Shown piece by piece: positions 39,276-49,395 of a stretch of 64,000 nt of DNA (its first letter is position 1; each line of letters starts with the position of its first letter). Made by a program: the position numbers and the translations under genes. Location: assembly GCA_963836435.1 (NCBI GenBank), contig CAWIJI010000007.1:109052-173051 (forward strand). Reading direction: 5' to 3'. The DNA comes from an uncultured Acidobacteriota bacterium (GTDB taxonomy: Bacteria > Acidobacteriota > Terriglobia > 20CM-2-55-15). The notes under the pieces are model-generated. The model did not search any database. It saw only the letters and a list, made by a program, of their open reading frames with translations, and was not told where the DNA came from.

Positions 39276-39797
39276 ATGAAGACCCGTGTCGCTTTGACGT
39301 CCTCTATCATTGCCGTTTTATTCGGGCTCTCATCTTTAGCCAACGCTCAGTTGAAAGCCGGAAGCCCGGAAGAAGCGGCCTACCAGAAAATAGAAGCTGC
39401 TTCGAGCAGCGATGCCAAGCTGGTTTTGCTGCTCGACTTCGAGAAGCAGTTTCCGTCGACAAATGAGAAGGTCATGTCCAACATTTTTCTAATGGTTATG
39501 GACATCTATTCGGAGAAGGCCGACCAGCCCAAGATGGCGGAATATGGAGACAAAGCCATTGCGAAGGATCCCGAAAACGTTTCCGCGTTGCTGCGGGTAA
39601 GCCGAAATCTGGCGACACAGAGAATTAACCTTGAACGAGCCGTGGAATATGCGGAAAAGGCCAAGACAATCATCGCGACAATGAGAAAAGACCCTACTCC
39701 CCTCGGCCAGACGGAGGCCGAGTACAAGCAGTGGCTGGATGCGAACGCAATGTCCGCCGAGCAATATGCATCCTACGCAAAGGCGCTCATTAAGTAA
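39276..39797 (+). CDS. Exported TPR-like helical protein
   Basis: AAGGAG RBS, signal peptide ending ANA|Q, TPR-like YGDKAIAKDPENVSAL / AVEYAEKA. Confidence 0.75.
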   Translation: MKTRVALTSSIIAVLFGLSSLANAQLKAGSPEEAAYQKIEAASSSDAKLVLLLDFEKQFPSTNEKVMSNIFLMVMDIYSEKADQPKMAEYGDKAIAKDPENVSALLRVSRNLATQRINLERAVEYAEKAKTIIATMRKDPTPLGQTEAEYKQWLDANAMSAEQYASYAKALIK

Positions 39798-39824
39798 TTC
39801 AGAGGGGAGATAAGGGGACAGGGG

Positions 39825-41791
39825 CTATTCCTCTTCCTCCCTGAGTTTTGCCATTACCGAAAAATCTTCCAGCGTCGTCGTGTCTCCGACCGTCTGCACT
39901 GACCTGCGGCGAGATCCCGGAGCAATCGCCGCATGATTTTGCCGCTCCGCGTCTTCGGAAGCGCGTCGGTAAAGCGAATTTCATCGGGCTTGGCGAAACT
40001 CCCGATGGTTTTGGCGACATGGCGTCTCGTAGATCGTCCTTCAGGCTGGGCGATACTGCATGCCCTGCTGCCAGCGTCACGAACGCCACGATACCCTGGC
40101 CTTTGAGATCGTCGGGCCGGCCGACGACCGCGGCTTCGGCCACGGTGGGGTGGCTGACCAGGGCGCTCTCCACTTCCATGGTTCCGATGCGATGTCCGGA
40201 GACATTGATGACATCGTCGATCCGTCCCATGATCCAGAAATAACCGTCTTCGTCACGCCGCGCACCGTCGCCGGTGAAGTACACGCCTTCGAATATCGCT
40301 CCAGTATTGTCTCTTGTAGCGCTCCGGGATCTCCATATATCGTGCGCATCATCGAGGGCCAGGGTCTCTTCACCACCAGGAACCCGCCTTCGTTTGACGC
40401 CGACGGAATTGCCCGCTCGGTCCACGACGTCCGCGATGATTCCAGGCAGCGGGCGCGTCGCCGATCCGGGTTTCGTCAGGGACTGGCGCCAGGTACCGGC
40501 GCGATCATGATCGCGCCGGTTTCGGTCTGCCACCATGTATCCACGATCGGACATCGATCGCCGCCGATGTGTTTGCGATACCACATCCACGCTTCCGGAT
40601 TGATGGGTTCGCCGACCGTTCCCAGCAGCCGCAGGCTCGAAAGGTCGTGTTTAGCGGGCCACTCGTCGCCCCATTTGATGAAGGCGCGGATGGCGGTCGG
40701 CGCGGTATAGAAGATGCTGACCTCGATATTTCTCGACGATCGACCAGAAACGATCGGGCGTCTGGATGGTTCGGTGCGCCTTCGTACATGAGCGACGTCG
40801 CGCCGTTCAGCAGCGGCCCGTAGACAATGTAGCTATGGCCGGTCACCCATCCGATGTCGGCGGTGCAGAAATACGTGTCTTCTTCCTTCAGATCGAATAC
40901 CCACTTTGTCGTGATGTAGGCGCTGGTCATATAGCCGCCGGTCGTGTGAACCACGCCCTTTGGGTTTCCCCGTAGTCCCGCTCGTGTAAAGCATGAACAG
41001 CGGATGCTCGGCATCGAGAGGCTCCGCTGGACAGACCTCCGGAAGCGACATCCATGAGTTCGTGCCACCACACGTCGCGGCCGTGCACCATGTTGACGGG
41101 CTCGCCCGTCCGTCTATACACGATCGACTTTCTTGACGATCGGCGCATCCGTCAGGGCCTCATCCACATTCTTTTTCAGGGGAACGACGCCGCCGCGGCG
41201 ATAGGCGCCGTCCGCCGTGATCAGCACTTTCGATTGCGAGTCGTTGATGCGGTCGCGCAAGAGCCTCCGCGCTGAAGCCGCCAAACACGACATTGTGGGT
41301 CACGCCCATGCGCGCGCAGGCGAGCATTGCAATCGCCAACTCCGGAACCATCCCCATGTAGATGGTCGCGCGGTCGCCTTGTTGCAGTCCCAGGGATTTC
41401 AGAACATTCGCGAAGCGGCAGACCTCACGGTGAACATCTGATAGCTGAGAGCACGAACATCGCCCGGTTCGCCTTCCCAGAGAATGGCGACTTTGTTTTT
41501 TCGCGGGCCGTGGTCAGATGCCGATCGAGGCAGTTGTACGAAATGTTGGTTTTGCCGCCCACAAACCACTTGGCAAACGGCAAATCCCACTCGAACACCT
41601 TGCTTCCATGGTCTCGAACCAGTGCAATTCCGAAGCGATGCCGGCCCAGAAGCCCTCCGGATCGGCGTCTGCTCGTTTGCAGATCGCTGGTAGGCTTCGA
41701 GACTGTGGATGTGGGCGTCTGGCTGAAAACTCACGGGGCTGGGGAAAACTGCGCTTTTCCTTGAGAAGGATTCGATATTGGTTTCAGCCAT
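39825..41791 (-). CDS. acs: Acetyl-CoA synthetase, heavily frameshifted (probably sequencing errors)
   Basis: Pieces read [119 protein letters not shown], ending [17 protein letters not shown]. Confidence 0.92.
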
Positions 41792-41900
41792 GAGATATCA
41801 CCTAACGTACACAAAGTAAAGCCACAAAAGAGCCGCAAGACCAGCAGGCGCTTGTGCACTTCCGGGCCTCTTCTGGTACTGAAATCCGGTCGTATCGAGC

Positions 41901-42169
41901 TTACTTCGGACTGGCCGTAAGTGCTCGTAGTTCATCGGGATGTAGTTCTGCCACTGTTCCGGGACATTGTCTTCCGGGAAAATCGCCGTAACGGGACAAG
42001 CCGGTTCGCAGGCGCCGCAATCGATGCATTCTGCCGGGTTGAATATACAGCATCGTTGCCGCCTCGAAGTCTGGTTCATCCTTCTTTGGATGAATGCAGT
42101 CTACCGGACATGCGTCGACACATGCCGTGTCCTTGGTTTCACACACGGCTCACAAATGATGTATGCCAT
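41901..42169 (-). CDS. 7Fe/8Fe dicluster ferredoxin, frameshifted
   Basis: AAGGAG RBS; MAYIICEPC..KDTACVDACPVDCIHP and ECIDCGACEPACPVTAIF lie in different frames. Confidence 0.88.
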
Positions 42170-42254
42170 AGAATCTCCTTGTAGATGGGGTCCCGTTCAA
42201 AAGCGAAGAAGAATTATACATTCCGCTCCAATGAAATCAAGCGTAAGTCCCTGG

Positions 42255-42410
42255 TCAGAGGATTGCATACACCGCGTTTCGCAGCGCCACATCCCGCGGA
42301 TCCCCTTCGAGTGTGGCCCCATCTGGCTGGTGACATATGCATAGCCGATGCCGGCCTCCGGATCGGCAAAGCCCAGAGAACCGCCCGCCCCAGGTGATTC
42401 CGCGCCATTG
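42255..42410 (-). pseudogene. C-terminal remnant of an EstA/class C beta-lactamase-family serine hydrolase
   Basis: Reads SPGAGGSLGFADPEAGIGYAYVTSQMG / EGDPRDVALRNAVYAIL*. No N-terminal part is present. Confidence 0.6.
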
Positions 42411-42429
42411 ATCGGGCTCCAGCGGCATG

Positions 42430-43137
42430 TCAGGCGGCCACTCGAGCCACGTAGAGACCCCGATCGGTCAGACCCTTCGGATCATAGTCGGCAGCAAGTC
42501 CCGCCTTGCGAAAAGCATCTAACAGCTCTGCCGAGCTGAACAGGCCGAGTTCGTGAATCTCACTCGTGCGTCGGCAGCCCGCAGCGTCGACAATTTCATA
42601 ATCAAAGTGAAGACGTGAAATCCGGTCCTCGATTTCCACTCCGCTCACGCGGGTGACGCAGATACCATCGCCCTGGGCCTGTATTCGACTTACACGCTTT
42701 GGGTCGAGCGCACCAGGCTCAAACCACGGTTCGACAAGGATCACGCCGGCAGGCAAGAGGTGTTCTCGAAAACGATTCAACGCCCGGGCTATCCTATCGA
42801 GCGTTTGGAGATAGCCAATAGAGCTGAACAGGCACAGCACGGCATCGTACCGGTACGGAACGCGGAATTCGCTCATGTCTGCCTTGAAGAAGCGTCCGTC
42901 AGGGTGTTTCTGCTTCGCACTGCGCACGAAAGCCGGATTCAGATCCAGGCCGTCCACGGTGAAGCCTTCAGCGGCCAGGAGTCGCGCGTGCTCACCGGTA
43001 CCACAGGCGACATCGAGGACGGTCTGGCAGCGAGGATTGAACCGGTGCAATAAGTTTGCGATCTGCCTTGTTTCGTTCTTGTAGTTCTTGAACGTCGAAT
43101 AGATCAGATCATAGAACTCTGCGGACGTATCGAACAT
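42430..43137 (-). CDS. Class I SAM-dependent methyltransferase (TylM1/DesVI-like)
   Basis: AEFYDLIY, VLDVACGTGEH, DAVLCLFSSIGY, VEPW, RGLYV. Confidence 0.85.
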   Translation of the reverse strand: MFDTSAEFYDLIYSTFKNYKNETRQIANLLHRFNPRCQTVLDVACGTGEHARLLAAEGFTVDGLDLNPAFVRSAKQKHPDGRFFKADMSEFRVPYRYDAVLCLFSSIGYLQTLDRIARALNRFREHLLPAGVILVEPWFEPGALDPKRVSRIQAQGDGICVTRVSGVEIEDRISRLHFDYEIVDAAGCRRTSEIHELGLFSSAELLDAFRKAGLAADYDPKGLTDRGLYVARVAA

Positions 43138-43374
43138 GCTCGAATGCCTTCGGTTGCCGGCCTTTTGAAGCGCTAGAATCGGAATCCGTCCAGCTTGCGT
43201 ACCGAATGGATGTCCCGAAATTCCAGGCGCGGGCCACCTTCTCACGAAACCTGTAATTCACGCCGCCGTGGACACCGCTTACGCCGCCAGACGCGACCCC
43301 CAGCGAAAGCCCCCCGGTCCCGAAAGGAACTTAGCCTGTTCGAGGCACGAGTGTCATACAACGCCGTCCCACGC

Positions 43375-44832
43375 TCAATCGGTAGGCAGCATGCGTTTGA
43401 GGATCTTTCCGGTAGGGGTCCTGGGAAGATCCGGTACGACGTTAAAGTGCTTCGGAACCTTATAGCTCGCAAGGTTTTCACGGCAGAAATGGCGGAGTTC
43501 CTTTTCGTCAACGGACATGCCGTCGTGGGCAATGACGAATGCTTTGGGTACCTCGCCGCGAGCTTCGTCTTTGACGCCGATCACCGCCACCTCTTTCACC
43601 TTGGGATGCTGCGCGAGGACCTCTTCGATCTCACGAGGATAGATGTTTTCTCCGGCGGAAATAATCAGGTCTTTCTTACGGCCTGTGATGGTGACGTAGC
43701 CGTCAACGTCCATCTTTCCGAGATCCCCGGTGTGCAGCCATTCCCGCGTCAGGGTCTTCGCCGTTTCGTCAGGAAGGTTGTAGTAGCCCTGCATGACGTT
43801 CGGGCCGCGAACCATGATTTCGCCGATCACGTCGGTCTCGAGTGGGCTTTTCTGTTCGTCCCAGATGGCGATTTCCACTCCGGGCAGGGGAAGGCCCACG
43901 GTGCCGAGCTTGTGTTTTCCAGGAACATTGAGCGAAATGACCGGGGCGGCCTCCGTCTGCCCGTAACCTTCAAAAATAGGAACGCCGAAGCGTTTCTCGA
44001 AGGCCTGTGCAATTGCGATGGGCAGAGGCTCGCCTCCGGAGATCGGGAACCTCACAGACTTGACGCTGAAGTCGCCGTCGCTCATTGCCAGAACCCGATA
44101 CATCGAGGGAATCGCCAGGAAAACACTGACCGCGTGTTGATCGATCAATTTCAGAACTTTGACAGGATGGAACCGGTCTACCAACACCATCTTGCAGCCG
44201 CTCAACAGCGGCAACAGGATGGTGCCGGTGATCGCGTAGGTGTGAAAAAACGGAAGCAAGCATAGAAAGCTGTCGCGATGGTCGAACTCCCCGGCGTTCT
44301 GACAGGCCTCCACATTGTGCACAAGGTTGCGGTGCGTCAGCACGACGCCTTTAGGCCTTCCGGTAGTTCCTGACGTGTAGAGATAGAGGGCAGGATCACT
44401 GAAGCTGGACGGGGGCGGTTCCGAGGCCGGCGGCGCAAAGTCTGGAGCATCCGCCATCAGCAGGACTCCCTTGTCGCCAAACAGCGGCTTCAACGCGGCA
44501 ACGGCCTGGGAGAAGAACTGCGAGGTGACAAGTGCCGACATGCCGGAGTCCTTAATAATGAACGCAAGTTCCTGTGGGGGCAGGAGATAGTTCAATGGGA
44601 CCGCCGTTTTGCCAGCCTTCCAAACTCCCAGCAGAGTGGTCACGTATTTTTGCGAGTTCAGCAGGAGAATGCCCACCGTCTTGCCCGGTACTTTTTCGCG
44701 CAACATGCCGGCAACGGCGTCCACTTCGGCCGCCAGTTCGCCGAAAGTCCATTGTTTGTCTTCTTCTACGAGAGCCGTCCGCGAGGAGTTCGCTCTCGCC
44801 GCCTTTTCAAAAGCTTCAGGTATCCATGTCAT
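43375..44832 (-). CDS. Long-chain fatty acid--CoA ligase (AMP-binding)
   Basis: [58 protein letters not shown]. Confidence 0.92.
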   Translation of the reverse strand: MTWIPEAFEKAARANSSRTALVEEDKQWTFGELAAEVDAVAGMLREKVPGKTVGILLLNSQKYVTTLLGVWKAGKTAVPLNYLLPPQELAFIIKDSGMSALVTSQFFSQAVAALKPLFGDKGVLLMADAPDFAPPASEPPPSSFSDPALYLYTSGTTGRPKGVVLTHRNLVHNVEACQNAGEFDHRDSFLCLLPFFHTYAITGTILLPLLSGCKMVLVDRFHPVKVLKLIDQHAVSVFLAIPSMYRVLAMSDGDFSVKSVRFPISGGEPLPIAIAQAFEKRFGVPIFEGYGQTEAAPVISLNVPGKHKLGTVGLPLPGVEIAIWDEQKSPLETDVIGEIMVRGPNVMQGYYNLPDETAKTLTREWLHTGDLGKMDVDGYVTITGRKKDLIISAGENIYPREIEEVLAQHPKVKEVAVIGVKDEARGEVPKAFVIAHDGMSVDEKELRHFCRENLASYKVPKHFNVVPDLPRTPTGKILKRMLPTD

Positions 44833-45039
44833 GGGCCGGGAGTATATAAAGGCCGGGGCGAGAAATCGAGATGCTGCAGCGATTAAGTGTCTTCCAGGCG
44901 TAACCCCCATGCTGGGAGCAGCGTAAAACAAGAGAGGGGTAGTATTGCCTTGCCTTTCTGCAGATTCGATATTCCGTACCTGCCGGCCTATGATCTAATA
45001 CGGCGTTTCTGATGGCCTAGGCGCTAAGGAGTTCACTGG

Positions 45040-46656
45040 ATGGGATTCAAAACAAAAGCTACAGTCGGAGTTCTCGCGGTAGTCGCAATTGGCGGGGCTC
45101 TAAGCTACTGGACACTGGGTCGCGACAGATCCAGCAAGGCGCAGTTTATTAAAGGTACGGTGGACCGCGGGGCAATTCGCATCAGCGTCACGGCAACAGG
45201 AACACTCGAAGCCGTCCGTACTGTCCAGGTGGGTAGCCAGATATCCGGCCAGATCTCTGCCCTTCACGCGGACTACAACTCTCAGGTCAAAAAAGGACAG
45301 TTACTGGCAGAAATCGATCCGCGAACATTCCAGTCTCAGGTCCTGACGGAGGAGGCGCAAAACGCCGCGGCTGCCGCAAGGATGCAGTCTTCGCAGGCCG
45401 ATCTGATTAATCAGGAAGCGAATCTCGCTCAGGTTGAAGCCAGCCTCAAAGTCGCCCAGGTCGCCAACGACAACGCCACTCTTCTGTACGAGAGAGCGAA
45501 ACAACTCATGGAAAAAGGGCTGATTCCGCAGTCGGACCTTGATGTCGCGCGTACGAACTCGGAGTCTGCTGCAGCCAAGGTTGTCCAGGCCGAAGCGGGG
45601 GTGCGACAGGCCCAGGCACAGATCCGGTCGCGGCAGGCATCGGTCGAGCAGGTCAAGTCCGATATCGTCGGGGCCAAAGCGCAACTCGAGCGAGCCCAGA
45701 TCAACCTGGACCTGACCAAGATTTATTCTCCGGTGGATGGCGTGGTGATTTCGCGAAGCGTCGACATTGGCCAGACCGTCGCGGCAAGTTTGTCCGCGCC
45801 TGTTCTGTTTCTGATTGCCAACGACCTGACTCAAATGCAGGTTAAGGCCAACATCGACGAAGCCGACATCGGAAAGATTTCGCCGGATGTACGGGTCACG
45901 TTTACCGTGGATGCCTATCCGAACGATACATTCACCGGGAAAATCCGGGAGGTCCGGCTCGAGCCGCAGACCGTTCAGAACGTCGTGACGTACGGTGTGA
46001 TCATCAGCGTTGAAAATCCGCAACTCAAGTTGAAACCCGGTATGACAACCAATCTGACCATGATTGTCGATGAACACGAAAATGTACTCACGGTAGCCAA
46101 CGCTGCCCTTCGTTTCAATCCTGCGAGTATCCCGGCCGAGCAGATCGCGAAGATGATCCAGGATCTTCCCCCACTCCCATTCCCTGCAGCCGCGGCGCCT
46201 GCGGGAGCAGTGACGGGGCAGGACGGGCAGCAGGCCTCCGGCAGCGACCAGGGGCAGGGTAACGGCGGACGCCGGGGCCGTGGCGGACGCGGCGGGAATG
46301 GCGGCGGCAATGCAGGCGGCGGCTTTAGCGGGGGTGGTGCCGCTGGCGGGGGTTTCAGAGGGGCCCAGAGCGGCAATCCCGGAGGTGCCGGCGGACGCGG
46401 CGGTGGCGGCGGACGAAATCAGCGTTCCGTCCTCTGGATTCAGGATCCAGCAACCCTTGAGCTCAAGCCGGTGCGCGTCAGGCTTGGATTGAACGACGGC
46501 ACGCGGACCGAGGTTTCTGGGCCAGACATCAAGGAAGGAATGGAGATCATCGTTGGCGATCTCGCGCAGACTGCCACAACGACGCAGCAACAACGGCCGG
46601 CAAACAATCCGCTGGTTCCCAACTTCCCCGGGAACCGTGGCCGAGGTGGCTTTTGA
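45040..46656 (+). CDS. MacA-like efflux periplasmic adaptor
   Basis: [26 protein letters not shown]...[24 protein letters not shown]; Gly-Arg-rich insert. Confidence 0.92.
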   Translation: MGFKTKATVGVLAVVAIGGALSYWTLGRDRSSKAQFIKGTVDRGAIRISVTATGTLEAVRTVQVGSQISGQISALHADYNSQVKKGQLLAEIDPRTFQSQVLTEEAQNAAAAARMQSSQADLINQEANLAQVEASLKVAQVANDNATLLYERAKQLMEKGLIPQSDLDVARTNSESAAAKVVQAEAGVRQAQAQIRSRQASVEQVKSDIVGAKAQLERAQINLDLTKIYSPVDGVVISRSVDIGQTVAASLSAPVLFLIANDLTQMQVKANIDEADIGKISPDVRVTFTVDAYPNDTFTGKIREVRLEPQTVQNVVTYGVIISVENPQLKLKPGMTTNLTMIVDEHENVLTVANAALRFNPASIPAEQIAKMIQDLPPLPFPAAAAPAGAVTGQDGQQASGSDQGQGNGGRRGRGGRGGNGGGNAGGGFSGGGAAGGGFRGAQSGNPGGAGGRGGGGGRNQRSVLWIQDPATLELKPVRVRLGLNDGTRTEVSGPDIKEGMEIIVGDLAQTATTTQQQRPANNPLVPNFPGNRGRGGF

Positions 46657-47402
46657 TGCCTGAGCCTTCACCGTCATCCGTTATTTCGTTGAAGAACGTC
46701 CACAAGATCTACCGGACCGGTGAGATCGAAGTCCATGCTCTGCGTGGCGTGTCCCTGGAAGTGGTCAGGGGGGAGTTCGTCGCGGTGATGGGTCCATCGG
46801 GCTCCGGAAAGTCCACCATGATGAACCTCATCGGCTGCCTCGATCGCCCCAGCAGCGGCACCTACATCCTCGACGGTGTTGACGTTTCAACGATGTCCAA
46901 AAACCAGCGTGCGGACACTCGCAATACGAAGATTGGCTTCGTCTTTCAGTCCTTTAATCTGATACCGCGTACCTCGGCAATTGCCAACGTGGAACTTCCG
47001 ATGGTGTATGCCGGAGTAACGCCCAGTGAACGGCGAGAACGTGCACGAGTTGCACTCGCAAGCGTGGGCCTCTCCCAGAAAGAGCACAGCCTTCCGAATC
47101 AGCTTTCCGGCGGGCAACAACAGCGCGTGGCCCTGGCGCGCGCACTAGCCAGCAATCCAGCGATAATTCTTGCTGATGAACCGACAGGTGCGCTGGATTC
47201 AAAAACCGCCGAGGAAATCATGAAGATTTTCCAGCAACTCAACGAGGAGCGACGAATGACCATCGTCCTCGTGACGCATGAACCCGATATCGCGGTTCAC
47301 GCCAAGCGGTTGGTCCGGTTCCTTGACGGCGAAATCCAGGAAGACCGGCCCATCACGCACAAAGATAATCCGATGACACTGCATCCGCCTGTGGAGGTCT
47401 GA
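46656..47402 (+). CDS. MacB/LolD-like ABC transporter ATP-binding protein
   Basis: [33 protein letters not shown]. Confidence 0.95.
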   Translation: MPEPSPSSVISLKNVHKIYRTGEIEVHALRGVSLEVVRGEFVAVMGPSGSGKSTMMNLIGCLDRPSSGTYILDGVDVSTMSKNQRADTRNTKIGFVFQSFNLIPRTSAIANVELPMVYAGVTPSERRERARVALASVGLSQKEHSLPNQLSGGQQQRVALARALASNPAIILADEPTGALDSKTAEEIMKIFQQLNEERRMTIVLVTHEPDIAVHAKRLVRFLDGEIQEDRPITHKDNPMTLHPPVEV

Positions 47403-47407
47403 CACCC

Positions 47408-48634
47408 ATGAGATTTATTGATATTCAGAAAATGGCCGTTCACGCCCTCGGGAAAAACAAGATTCAGACGGCGCTGACAATGCTGGGCATCGTGATCGGC
47501 GTCTCCGCCGTAATCGCCATGGTGTCACTGGGGCAAGGCGCGCAGAAACTTGTAACGGACCAGGTTGCCGGCATGGGACAAAACGTCCTCCAGGTTCAGG
47601 GCGGAGGCCAATGGCAAGGTGGCGGCGCGCGCCAGTCTGCAGACCAGAGCCAGTCGCTCACTGAAGGGGACGTGGATGCGATCCGAAAACAGATTCCTGC
47701 CGTCGCCATGGCCTCACCGATCGTGCAGGCGCAGGGGCAGTTCGTGTTCGGAAATCAGAATTGGTCGAGCCGTGTCCAGGGGTCGAATGAATCCTACCTC
47801 GATATCCGCGGTTGGAAGATCGCGCAAGGCGAATTCTTCACGGACAACGACGTTCGTACTGCAGCTCGCGTGGTGGTCCTGGGCAAGACGATTGCAGATA
47901 CGCTATTCCCAGGCGGAGATGCCGTAGGTCAAACGATTCGAGTTCGCAACCTGCCTTACCGAGTCATCGGCGTGCTCGCAACAAAGGGGCAATCCGCGAA
48001 CGGGCAGGATCAGGACGATACGGCGATCATGCCGTACACCACGATTCAGAAAAAGATGCTCGGTGCCGCGCTCCCCCGCATCCAGCAAATCACCGTCTCT
48101 GCAATCAGCCCGGAAGCCACGGGTCCGGCGAAGGACCAGATCACGGCCCTTCTTCACGAACGGCACCAGATTCGTCCCGGACAACAAGATGACTTCCGCG
48201 TCAATAACATCACGGAAGTCGCCGAGGCAGCCGAAGCGACGACTCAGGTCATGACCCTGCTTCTTGGCAGTATTGCCGGTGTCTCTCTGCTCGTCGGCGG
48301 GATTGGCATTATGAACATCATGCTGGTTTCCGTAACGGAGAGAACACGGGAGATCGGCATACGAATGGCGATCGGTTCACGCGGCAGCTATATCCGGATG
48401 CAATTTCTGGCGGAGTCTGTGATTCTTTGCATGATCGGCGGATTGATCGGCGTCGCCGCAGGCATCGGATTGTCTCTCGCGATCGCGAGCTTCATGGGTT
48501 GGCCCAGCTTTGTCTCTCCACAAGCCGCCGCCATCGCGTTCGGATTCTCCGCCGCGACAGGAATCTTCTTCGGCTACTATCCCGCGCACAAGGCGGCCTC
48601 TCTCGATCCGATCGAAGCACTGCGCTACGAATAA
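47408..48634 (+). CDS. MacB/FtsX-like ABC transporter permease
   Basis: [61 protein letters not shown]. Confidence 0.95.
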   Translation: MRFIDIQKMAVHALGKNKIQTALTMLGIVIGVSAVIAMVSLGQGAQKLVTDQVAGMGQNVLQVQGGGQWQGGGARQSADQSQSLTEGDVDAIRKQIPAVAMASPIVQAQGQFVFGNQNWSSRVQGSNESYLDIRGWKIAQGEFFTDNDVRTAARVVVLGKTIADTLFPGGDAVGQTIRVRNLPYRVIGVLATKGQSANGQDQDDTAIMPYTTIQKKMLGAALPRIQQITVSAISPEATGPAKDQITALLHERHQIRPGQQDDFRVNNITEVAEAAEATTQVMTLLLGSIAGVSLLVGGIGIMNIMLVSVTERTREIGIRMAIGSRGSYIRMQFLAESVILCMIGGLIGVAAGIGLSLAIASFMGWPSFVSPQAAAIAFGFSAATGIFFGYYPAHKAASLDPIEALRYE

Positions 48635-48640
48635 GGAACG

Positions 48641-48695
48641 GGGGACAGTTTTGGTCCTGTCCCCTATTCGGCGTCCAGGTGCACAGCCCCGAATT
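48641..48695. repeat. GGGGACAG/CTGTCCCC hairpin plus a half REP copy between convergent genes (possible terminator)
   Basis: GGGGACAG-N8-CTGTCCCC, then ATTCGGCGTCCAGGTGCACAGCCCCGAATT (a degenerate REPIN arm). Confidence 0.7.
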
Positions 48696-48712
48696 CATTC
48701 TCCTGCGTGGAT

Positions 48713-49159
48713 TCAGAGTGCTTTGCGGAAGGCGTCCAGCTTCCTGCGGGTATCGGGATATTTGAGCGCGAGAATCCGCGCTGCAAGAATCGCGGCATTT
48801 TTCGCACCGGGTTTGCCGATGGCAACGCCGGCCACAGGGATGCCGGGCGGCATCTGAACCACCGATAGCAGCGAATCCAATCCATCCAGGGCGGCCGGCA
48901 GCGGTACACCGATCACCGGAAGATTCGAATGCGCAGCAGCCACGCCAGGGAGCGCGGCAGACAATCCGGCCATCGCCACAATCACCTCAAACCCGTTCGC
49001 TTCGGCACCCGAGGTCAATTGCGCAGTCCGCTCCGGATGTCGATGGGCCGACGACACTTCCGTGGAACTTTCAATTCCGAGTTCGTCAAGCTGCTTCGAG
49101 CAGACCTCGGCGTATTCCATATCTGATTTTGAACCCAGGACAATAAGAACTTTTGGCAT
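48713..49159 (-). CDS. purE: N5-carboxyaminoimidazole ribonucleotide mutase
   Basis: GSKSD, SSAHRHP, AGLSAALPG, PVIGVP, DSLLSVVQMPPGIPVA, NAAILA. Confidence 0.95.
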   Translation of the reverse strand: MPKVLIVLGSKSDMEYAEVCSKQLDELGIESSTEVSSAHRHPERTAQLTSGAEANGFEVIVAMAGLSAALPGVAAAHSNLPVIGVPLPAALDGLDSLLSVVQMPPGIPVAGVAIGKPGAKNAAILAARILALKYPDTRRKLDAFRKAL

Positions 49160-49304
49160 GACACAAAGTGTATTTCGGAAGTCGCCTGCGCGCAACAGGG
49201 CGCATCCTGTCCGCGGAAAGGGAGTTTCCCTCCTGGATGGGGACAGACCCACGTCTGTGGGGCAAGCCTTCGCATGCTGACAAGAACTGCGAGCACAAAC
49301 TTTG

Positions 49305-49394
49305 GAATTCGGGACCGTTGCACCTCGAACCCGAATTCGGCCACAGGCTTAACGGATTTGAATTCGGGGTTCGAGGTGCACGGCCCCGAATTCC
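49305..49394. repeat. REPIN-like element, copy 4 (opposite orientation)
   Basis: Arms match copies 1-3; the loop GGCCACAGGCTTAACGGATTT is the reverse complement of the AAATCCG(C/T)TAAGC.. loop of copies 1-2. Confidence 0.88.
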
Positions 49395-49395
49395 C

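Noticed and set aside
41815-41882. Imperfect inverted repeat between ferredoxin and acs
   Set aside because: Too degenerate, and in an error-rich patch, to call as a terminator or repeat.
39825-42169. Programmed frameshifting or true pseudogenisation of acs and ferredoxin
   Set aside because: Too many scattered indels, no consistent slippery site, and motifs are intact; sequencing error is more likely.
45301-46677. 458-aa minus-strand ORF (likewise 49168-50259, 51152-52399, 43195-44265, 60250-61374)
   Set aside because: Antisense shadows of well-supported genes.
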